In this document: one piece after another, positions 20,901 to 29,710 of the stretch
Position numbering within the stretch: position 1 is the first letter of the stretch
Layout: each line of letters opens with the position of its first letter
Assembly: GCA_016182555.1 (NCBI GenBank)
Contig: JACPGJ010000008.1
Location: 92,272-156,271 of the forward strand
Length of the DNA: 64,000 nt
Direction of reading: 5' to 3'
From: Candidatus Kerfeldbacteria bacterium
GTDB taxonomy: Bacteria > Patescibacteriota > Patescibacteriia > UBA9570 > XYC2-FULL-38-9
Translations under genes and position numbers: made by a program
Notes under the pieces: generated by a model
The model's database searches: none
The model's input: only the letters and a program-made list of their open reading frames with translations
Told to the model about the DNA's origin: nothing

Positions 20901-21523
20901 AAAATAGTATCAATATATTTGCTTATATCCTCTTGTACTTCTTCCATGCTGCGGTTTGCATCGAACTGCTTCCATGTGGGTTGTTCAGCGGCAAGTTTCT
21001 GGAAATACGCACGCACTTTACGGTGAAATTCCAAAGATTCACTATCAAGACGGTTCATTTCATGTCCTTTCTGGGTATTCTTCCGACCAATGCCTACTTC
21101 CGGGTCTACATCTAAATAGATCACATGATCTGGCGTAAGTTGATGCCGCGCGTAGGCTTCCATTTGAAGAATAAATTCGGCTTGCGGCAGTTCACGTGCA
21201 CCAATTTGATATGCCAAGGTTGAACCGCTAAACCGATCACACAGAACCACCATACCACTTTCAAGTTGCGGTTGAATGAATGACTCCACATGATGCGCGC
21301 GATCTGCAAGAAATAATAAGAGCTCAGCTGTTGCACCTAATTTCTCCGGTTGCTTATCAACAATTAATGAACGAATTTTCTTTCCTATTTCTGTACCACC
21401 AGGTTCGTGAGTGACTAAACACGAAATATTTTTCTGTTTTAAATATTCAGCAGTGAGGCGAATATGCGTAGATTTCCCACTTCCCTCTCCTCCTTCAAAC
21501 ACAATAAATTTTGCTGTATTCAT
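20897..21523 (-). CDS. tmk: Thymidylate kinase
   Basis: P-loop FIVFEGGEGSGKST and the LID and DRxxxS (DRFSGST) motifs of dTMP kinase. Confidence 0.9.
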   Translation of the reverse strand: MNTAKFIVFEGGEGSGKSTHIRLTAEYLKQKNISCLVTHEPGGTEIGKKIRSLIVDKQPEKLGATAELLLFLADRAHHVESFIQPQLESGMVVLCDRFSGSTLAYQIGARELPQAEFILQMEAYARHQLTPDHVIYLDVDPEVGIGRKNTQKGHEMNRLDSESLEFHRKVRAYFQKLAAEQPTWKQFDANRSMEEVQEDISKYIDTIL

Positions 21524-21541
21524 ATATGTATATTATGCGAA

Positions 21542-21628
21542 CCTCTCGAGGTGTGTGCTTCTGCTAGCGTCCACCCCTTCGGGGATGGCCGACAAATCGC
21601 AGTTCACACACACCTCTGCGGTTCGCCA
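21542..21628. repeat. Structured intergenic element, copy A (about 87 bp; second copy at 25637..25726)
   Basis: Near-identical to 25637..25726. It has a 10-bp outer inverted repeat, gaggtgtgtg ... cacacacctc, enclosing an inner hairpin ccacccc-UUCG-ggggatgg. Confidence 0.7.
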
Positions 21629-21632
21629 GTAT

Positions 21633-23093
21633 TCATTTACATAGTTGATCATAGGGTAATGGCCTGTCTTGAGTATATTCAATTCCAAGCGTCAACGCAA
21701 TTTCTGCTTTTTGTAATTCAGCACCAAGGTCCATGGCATGAATATAAACAGAAACTGCTTCATTCCGCGCAAGCTCATTAAAAATGCCCATCGCTGTTGT
21801 GCCTGTAATCACATCAATTTTTCGGCCAGAGGGACTCATGTGCGTCACCTGAATTTCTTTGCCAGCAATAACCTTAATCACATAATTTCCCCGAGGGTCT
21901 TGTTCGCAAGGTAACTTTGGGTACCACATCTCCACAATATCTTTGGCTTTATTGATATTTTCTTCATAAATATGGGCTGAATTAGAAACAACAGTGAGCG
22001 AACCCATCGGAAAACCGATCGCATCAGCTATTTCTTTTTGCATCGCACGCAAGGCAAAGGCATTTTCTGGCCATGCGCGGAACATGTCGTTTGAACGGAA
22101 ATAGACTGTTAGATACACTTTGTCGTATTTAATCAAGGCTTGCACAATATCTAAACAGGGTGGGTGTGGCGATTCATTGTCTTGTTCGACATTCCACGTC
22201 ACCGCAACCGCTTGTCGATCCCAGGCCGTTTTTTTCAATTTTTCAATGATCGTGTGCACTTGGTTCACGCCATTGTGGTTTCGTAATCGCATGCCATAGG
22301 TGTATGAAATCGAAGGAATAGGATCAGGAGTCATCACTTGCGGAAGATATCCTTGTAAGTGTTCCCGGGTAAAATCAAAATAATCGGCCCAGATGATATT
22401 GTCTGGATCTTCATCGGTTACCACCGTGACAATATTGAGTAATTCTTTTTGTGTGGTGTTGGTGTGATTTGATTTTTTGGTTTCACCAAAACGAAGTATG
22501 CCATGAAGCACTTTCGGCCAAACATCAGCCACTGTTTTTCCGCGGTAAGTATAACTTGAACCTTCCGATGGATACCAATCTGTAGAAATTTCTGGTTCAG
22601 GGAATACTTGTGATTCAGCCCATGGAATTGGATCTTGTTTATATTTATCAATAATAGGTTGTAATTCTTTTGGTTTCCATGTGCCACGTACATCAACGAT
22701 TTGAACGTTTTTACGGAATAATTCTACGGCATCGCGCGGAATTTCTTTTTCTACCTTTGATTCTTCTTTTCCAATCACTTCCCCTTTTTCGTTGATGCCA
22801 TTGTTGATGAGATTGACGAGTGAATCTGCAGAACCGATTTTGTCTTGACCACAAACAATAATAGTACGAATGGTTGGGTTGGCAAGTACATTACGCAGGA
22901 GTGGGTTAATGCCATCATTAGAATACAGCTGGCCAACGACTTTAAATGTTTCTGGGTTTAAGCGGTTAGCCACCGCTTCTTTTGGAGTCCATAAGGTGGC
23001 CACACCAACGCTGGATTTTTCACTTCCCAAAATGAGATTTTCCGCAAAATACAGCGGCCATTCCTTATGTTCCATACTCCATGAGTATACCAA
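21633..23093 (-). CDS. thyA: Thymidylate synthase (ThyA family) with an N-terminal extension of about 185 aa and a C-terminal extension of about 75 aa
   Basis: The TS core carries the catalytic Cys in PPCLD, the RSNDMF block (aligning with RSCDVF) and WPEN (aligning with LPFN; the dUMP-specifying Asn is kept). The start as listed is a TTG at 23093; an in-frame ATG at 23075 is the alternative. Confidence 0.7.
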   Translation of the reverse strand: MVYSWSMEHKEWPLYFAENLILGSEKSSVGVATLWTPKEAVANRLNPETFKVVGQLYSNDGINPLLRNVLANPTIRTIIVCGQDKIGSADSLVNLINNGINEKGEVIGKEESKVEKEIPRDAVELFRKNVQIVDVRGTWKPKELQPIIDKYKQDPIPWAESQVFPEPEISTDWYPSEGSSYTYRGKTVADVWPKVLHGILRFGETKKSNHTNTTQKELLNIVTVVTDEDPDNIIWADYFDFTREHLQGYLPQVMTPDPIPSISYTYGMRLRNHNGVNQVHTIIEKLKKTAWDRQAVAVTWNVEQDNESPHPPCLDIVQALIKYDKVYLTVYFRSNDMFRAWPENAFALRAMQKEIADAIGFPMGSLTVVSNSAHIYEENINKAKDIVEMWYPKLPCEQDPRGNYVIKVIAGKEIQVTHMSPSGRKIDVITGTTAMGIFNELARNEAVSVYIHAMDLGAELQKAEIALTLGIEYTQDRPLPYDQLCK

Positions 23094-23364
23094 ATCCTAG
23101 GTATAAACTGAAGGGCATATTTTATTGGAAATGAAAAAAACGCGACAGCCTCTTTGGAACAGCTCTAGCTGTTTTCGAATCTGAAACATTGTCTGAATCA
23201 GAACCTGGTGGCTATCATTTCTACTTAACAAAATCCGCATAAAACCTCCGCTTCCGTTTATTTTTCGGTCTAGAACAAACATTTTTAGCTTTGAACGTGA
23301 CAAAAACTAACAAAAATACTGATGAATTGTCAAATATTGCTGTGTATAAGTAAATATTTTGGCT

Positions 23365-23425
23365 AAAAAAAGGACGCGGTTGGCATTGAGATAACTCCCC
23401 GATTTGTCCCAACGCCTTCCGCGTC
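23365..23425 (-). terminator. Candidate terminator-like hairpin with a T7 tract (minus-strand sense)
   Basis: gacgcgg (23373-79) pairs with ccgcgtc (23419-25). It is preceded on the plus strand by a7 (23365-71), which is T7 downstream on the minus strand. The loop is long, so this is tentative. Confidence 0.3.
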
Positions 23426-23734
23426 TGTTTCTCACCGTTTCTGCTGCTGAACCGGCTTTCTTTCCGGTTCCTCTTGCTCTTTATGTTCACGAGCAGGCGG
23501 CAAAAACGGATCAAGCCAACCGGAAAGGGCTTCGGTTATACTTATCGGGAGAAAAATCTCTCCCGTGTTCTTTTCTTCTTTTTTCTTCATATTTTTCTCC
23601 GCCCCCCGGAGTTGTTATTATAGAAGAACGCCTATCGAACTACGAAAAAACTACACCTTTAACAATGCTGTTGTCAACCTCATCTTGTGTATAAAATCAA
23701 AAACAAGGAGTACAGCTTTATTTCAAGTAAAATT

Positions 23735-24271
23735 TTATACGTTTATTATTTGCCTTATTTGACTATACAAATATTCCAAGGACTGGCTATTTTCAATCAC
23801 CGCAACAGCTTTTTCCTTCAATGAACTAATATTTTGTTCAGTAACTGCACTTTCTTCCACTTGAAACTCTTGAAATGTCATGTTATTCTCCCCTGCTTTT
23901 TCACCACGACCCAGAGCCCGTTCATACCGCAACCGCAAAGGAGCATCAACATAAATTAACGTAAACTCAGGAAGTTGAGAAAAAATTTCCACTTCTTTTG
24001 GCATACGAATACCATCAATGACCGCCAAAGCCGGCTGTGCCCCTTCAATATCTTTTTTCAATACTTGCGCAAAAACATCTTCGCCAAATGCACCGCGCAT
24101 AGCGGTTGCAGCAGCAATAATATTGGCACGCGTTTTTGGTAAATATAATCGATTGGTGATATCCACAATCACGCCAGACATAGAATACACCACAGCTCCT
24201 CGACGTTCTTGCAAGTACTGGGCGATTGTTCCCTTTCCAGATAATTTTGGACCAATTAAACCAATAATCAT
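23735..24271 (-). CDS. P-loop nucleoside/(d)NMP-kinase-like protein
   Basis: Walker A GLIGPKLSGKGT at the N-terminus, a DGIR segment and a VDAPLRLRYER lid-like segment as in small NMP/dNMP/dephospho-CoA-type kinases. The specific substrate is not inferable. Confidence 0.5.
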   Translation of the reverse strand: MIIGLIGPKLSGKGTIAQYLQERRGAVVYSMSGVIVDITNRLYLPKTRANIIAAATAMRGAFGEDVFAQVLKKDIEGAQPALAVIDGIRMPKEVEIFSQLPEFTLIYVDAPLRLRYERALGRGEKAGENNMTFQEFQVEESAVTEQNISSLKEKAVAVIENSQSLEYLYSQIRQIINV

Positions 24272-24274
24272 ATA

Positions 24275-24820
24275 TTATTTTTCCACGGAAAAATTTACCG
24301 GCTTACCATATTTATCTTCTACATCGCCGGCAAACATAGTACTCAAAAAATTTCCCCACTCGGTAGATGGCGTATACATGTGCACTTCTAAGCCCGCTTG
24401 GCGTAAATAATCCACAGACTGCGCTCCACGATACAATTTCCAAATGACCACCTTCGCAACGCCTGCAGCCACAATATATTTACAACAATGGATACAAGGC
24501 GCATACAGCATGTACAACGTGGTTCCGCGAGTAGATACGCCACCGATTGCGGCGACTTGTAATAGTGCGTTATGTTCACCATGCACTGTACGCACGCAAT
24601 GACCATCTTCCATTAAATGCCCAACATCATCACAGTGTTCCAAACCAGGCGGCGAACCATTATACCCCGTGGAAACAATCCGTTTATCTTTCACCAGTAC
24701 CGTTCCCGTATGTAAACGGTCACAGGTAGCGCGGGTCGAAACAATTCGGGCAATCGACATAAAATAATCATCCCAGGACGGGCGAACATGTTTCACGACT
24801 TCTGTCATATCGTTTGTCAT
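24275..24820 (-). CDS. dCMP deaminase (ComEB-type cytidine/deoxycytidylate deaminase)
   Basis: Zinc motifs HAEHNA and PCIHCC of the CDA/dCMP deaminase family. Confidence 0.85.
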   Translation of the reverse strand: MTNDMTEVVKHVRPSWDDYFMSIARIVSTRATCDRLHTGTVLVKDKRIVSTGYNGSPPGLEHCDDVGHLMEDGHCVRTVHGEHNALLQVAAIGGVSTRGTTLYMLYAPCIHCCKYIVAAGVAKVVIWKLYRGAQSVDYLRQAGLEVHMYTPSTEWGNFLSTMFAGDVEDKYGKPVNFSVEK

Positions 24821-24837
24821 ATTTTGATAGTATAAAA

Positions 24838-24862
24838 CAAAAAACGGGGATTGTGAACCCCG
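24838..24862 (-). terminator. Candidate intrinsic terminator downstream of rplA
   Basis: Minus-strand hairpin cgggg-ttcacaat-ccccg followed by T6. Confidence 0.45.
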
Positions 24863-24886
24863 CTTCTGTTTTCCACGTATTTTGGG

Positions 24887-25567
24887 TTATTCGATGTTGA
24901 AACGAATGCCCGGCCCCATGCTGGAAGCTAATACACCGGTTTTCATATAAACACCTTTTGCTTCTGCTGGCTTGGCTTTACGAACCGATTCCACACATGC
25001 CATAATATTTTCTTTCAACTGTTCTGCACCAAATGATACTCGACCGATCAACATATGCACATTACCACCGTCGTCACTACGATATGCAACTTTCCCACCC
25101 TTTAATTCCTTCACCATTTTCTTAATATCTGGTCCGACGGTTTCTGTTTTTGGATTTGGCATTAAGCCCTGTTGACCTAAAATTTTTGCAATTTGACCAA
25201 GTTTTTTCATCATATCAGGAGTCGCCACAGCCACATCAAAATTACATTTGCCGGTTTGTTTAATTTCGGCAATCACTTCTTCAGTTCCAATCACATCTGC
25301 ACCGGCTTCACGTGCTTCAGCTTCTTTATCTGCACCAACAAATGCCGCCACCCGTTTTGTTTTACCACTGCCGTTTGGCAACACGACTGTTCCACGAACA
25401 ATCTGTTCAGATTTTTTCGGGTCAATACCTAATTTAACATGTAATTCTACACCCGCATCAAATTTGACCGGATCTTGTTTTACAAATGTCAGCGCTTCAT
25501 CCAGCGTATACACCTGCAATGGTTCAATTTTTTTCACTTGTGATTTGTATCGTTTTGATCGTTTCAT
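24887..25567 (-). CDS. rplA: 50S ribosomal protein L1
   Basis: Typical L1 sequence (MKRSKRYK..., GTVVLPNG.GK, the MPNPK.GTV block). I placed the start at ATG 25567 rather than the upstream in-frame ATG 25594. Confidence 0.9.
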   Translation of the reverse strand: MKRSKRYKSQVKKIEPLQVYTLDEALTFVKQDPVKFDAGVELHVKLGIDPKKSEQIVRGTVVLPNGSGKTKRVAAFVGADKEAEAREAGADVIGTEEVIAEIKQTGKCNFDVAVATPDMMKKLGQIAKILGQQGLMPNPKTETVGPDIKKMVKELKGGKVAYRSDDGGNVHMLIGRVSFGAEQLKENIMACVESVRKAKPAEAKGVYMKTGVLASSMGPGIRFNIE

Positions 25568-25636
25568 AATGTGTGTTGTGGTGCAAGCGAGCATTCATGC
25601 TCTCCCACGAGTTATAAATTATTATGGTTTTGCAAT

Positions 25637-25726
25637 CCTCTCGAGGTGTGTGCTTCTGCTAGCGTCCACCCCTACGGGGATGGCCGACAAATCGCAGTTC
25701 ACACACACCTCTGCGGATTGCTAGCC
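25637..25726. repeat. Structured intergenic element, copy B (L11–L1 intergenic)
   Basis: Same element as 21542..21628. The inner hairpin loop is UACG here rather than UUCG, with the stem preserved. Confidence 0.7.
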
Positions 25727-26143
25727 TTTCACTTCTAAGCCCATTTGACGAGCGGTTCCTTCAATCATCCGCATTGCTCCTTCAATATCATTCGCGTTCA
25801 AATCCGGCATTTTGATTTCTGCAATTTCACGAATTTGCGCGCGAGTGACTGAACCCACTTTCTGCAATAACGGATTTCCAGAGCCTTTTTGAATCTTTGC
25901 TGCTTTTTTCAATAACTCTGCTGCTGGAGGAGTTTTGATAACAAAATCAAATGTACGGTCATCATACACGTTAATCACCACGGGCAAAATATCGCCGCGC
26001 TTATCTTTGGTTCGTTCGTTATACTGCGTGCAGAAATCTTGAATATTCAAGCCATGCTGACCCAGTGCTGGACCAACTGGAGGTGCGGGATTTGCCGCGC
26101 CAGCTGGAATTTGTAGTTTAATTTGCGTCTTGAGTGTTGCCAT
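25721..26143 (-). CDS. rplK: 50S ribosomal protein L11
   Basis: [25 protein letters not shown]11 signature. Confidence 0.95.
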   Translation of the reverse strand: MATLKTQIKLQIPAGAANPAPPVGPALGQHGLNIQDFCTQYNERTKDKRGDILPVVINVYDDRTFDFVIKTPPAAELLKKAAKIQKGSGNPLLQKVGSVTRAQIREIAEIKMPDLNANDIEGAMRMIEGTARQMGLEVKG

Positions 26144-26194
26144 ATAGTTAAAATGTCTCTAGTTAATATCGGAAAAGATATAATGAGAAGCGCA

Positions 26195-26740
26195 TTAAAT
26201 CTTTTTTACCTGTAAAGAATCAAGCTCCACCGGCGTTTCGCGGCCGAACATCGACACCATCACCTTCACCTTACCACGATCGGTATCCACTTCCGAAACT
26301 TTTCCTTCCAATTCTTTGAATGGGCCGTCCACAATGCGTACTGTTTCACCAATTTGTACATCAATCGTGAATGTTGGTTCTTCAATGCCCATGCGGCGTT
26401 CTAACCCTTTCATTTCTTTTTCATCAATCGGTGTTGGCGTGGTGCCGGTACCAATAAACCCGGTCACATTTGGTGTATTACGCACCACGTACCACGAATC
26501 ATCAGTCACCAGCATATTCACTAATACATACCCAGGGAAAATTTTCTCTTCCACTACACGGCGTTTGCCATTTTTGATTTTTATTTTCTTTTCTTTCGGC
26601 ACGAGCACATCAAAAATCTTATCTTCCATGTTCAACGATTCAATACGTTGGCGCAAATTATGCGCCACATTCTCCTCATAACCCGAGTAGGTATGAATCA
26701 CATACCATCGGCGACCCTGTTGTCCAGTCTGTTTTGGCAT
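26195..26740 (-). CDS. nusG: Transcription termination/antitermination factor NusG
   Basis: NGN domain (WYVIHTYSGYE) and a C-terminal KOW motif (GPFKELEGKV). Confidence 0.93.
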   Translation of the reverse strand: MPKQTGQQGRRWYVIHTYSGYEENVAHNLRQRIESLNMEDKIFDVLVPKEKKIKIKNGKRRVVEEKIFPGYVLVNMLVTDDSWYVVRNTPNVTGFIGTGTTPTPIDEKEMKGLERRMGIEEPTFTIDVQIGETVRIVDGPFKELEGKVSEVDTDRGKVKVMVSMFGRETPVELDSLQVKKI

Positions 26741-26743
26741 ACG

Positions 26744-26959
26744 TTATAAAATTATCTCTAATGCTTTATTCAAAATGAAATCGAGAACCCCGAGAAAAAC
26801 AGCAAATACCGCACTGAACCCAATCACGGTCCACGCTTTGCGCCATGTTTCCTCGCGCGATGGCCAGGTGACTTTACGCATTTCAGCGTAAGCCCCTTTA
26901 AAATAGGTGCTCACCGGATTTCCACGGCGTTTTCTCTCTTCTTGTTTTGTCGTACTCAT
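26744..26959 (-). CDS. secE: Preprotein translocase subunit SecE
   Basis: Small protein with one C-terminal TM helix, sitting immediately upstream of nusG in the canonical secE–nusG arrangement. Confidence 0.8.
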   Translation of the reverse strand: MSTTKQEERKRRGNPVSTYFKGAYAEMRKVTWPSREETWRKAWTVIGFSAVFAVFLGVLDFILNKALEIIL

Positions 26960-26974
26960 AACGATTTTTCTACT

Positions 26975-26996
26975 TAAAAAAGCCTCTGCACGGCTT
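26975..26996 (-). terminator. Candidate terminator after the CarS-like gene
   Basis: aagcc-tctgcac-ggctt hairpin with a plus-strand A6 (minus-strand T6) immediately 3' in the minus sense. Confidence 0.4.
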
Positions 26997-27053
26997 GTTA
27001 TTTATTACTATAATGCATCGCCATATTCTTGTCAAATAGTGTAGTGTTCAACA

Positions 27054-27605
27054 CTACCACGGGGTATCTTTTAACTTCATCCAGAAAGCAATGCGGTTAA
27101 CGGATATATGAAATATCGGCCCGACAGCAATAATCATCAGCCACATCACCGCCGTAAAACGAACATACACACTGGCCACAATACTGGCTCCAAGCAAAAA
27201 ATCAATTTGGTCAAATGGAAACCAGGTCGCACCAGAAGCAATGTGCACGCGACGTTTAAAAAATGATTTAATTAAATCCCCAAGTATTGCCCCAGCAGCA
27301 AAGGCGAACCCAAACCACAAAGGAAAAAGGTTCATGGCAAACGGAGAGAAGTTCGAAAATACGTCAACGTGCAGTGAAAGATAGCGTTCAAACTCAAACA
27401 TCAACCCACCAGCGATGGTGGCCACAATTAACCCACGCCATGTTTTATGGTCACCAAATAGTGGTTGTCCGCGAAAGTGACGCCCACCGTCTACCGGCCT
27501 TGCCAGTGAATGAAAGTGATTTCTCAAAAGCACAGGTGCCATATTCGCTACCCCGGCTGGCAAGAAAAAATAGACCAGTTTACCAAGAAGAATAATCGTG
27601 CTCAC
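27054..27605 (-). CDS. CDP-archaeol synthase-like (CarS/DUF46-family) integral membrane protein
   Basis: About 5 TM segments, an HKTWRG motif and the overall size and hydropathy of the CarS family. Assigned from memory of the family and unverified. Confidence 0.45.
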   Translation of the reverse strand: MSTIILLGKLVYFFLPAGVANMAPVLLRNHFHSLARPVDGGRHFRGQPLFGDHKTWRGLIVATIAGGLMFEFERYLSLHVDVFSNFSPFAMNLFPLWFGFAFAAGAILGDLIKSFFKRRVHIASGATWFPFDQIDFLLGASIVASVYVRFTAVMWLMIIAVGPIFHISVNRIAFWMKLKDTPW

Positions 27606-27608
27606 ATG

Positions 27609-29648
<2,040 letters not shown>

Positions 29649-29710
29649 CTAAAATCAGAGTATTATAAACATGCGTATTATAACAGGTTATACGAGTAGG
29701 CGCAAGAAAA

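Noticed and set aside
21633-23093. dCMP hydroxymethylase (DNA hypermodification) rather than thymidylate synthase
   Set aside because: The residue aligned with the TS Asn177 / HMase Asp179 specificity position is Asn (WPEN), which favours dUMP and hence thymidylate synthase.
23094-23734. tmRNA, RNase P RNA or SRP RNA as the identity of the structured gap
   Set aside because: I looked for the GGGG 5' end, a tag ORF and T-arm/CCA for tmRNA. I looked for P4 and CR-II to CR-V motifs for RNase P RNA. I looked for the domain IV GGAA/AGCAG motif for SRP RNA. I found none on either strand. The region is still flagged as a candidate ncRNA of unknown type.
25630-25726. Interpreting the repeat solely as the L1 autoregulatory leader
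   Set aside because: An almost identical copy sits upstream of tmk, away from ribosomal genes, so a dispersed structured repeat is the simpler explanation.
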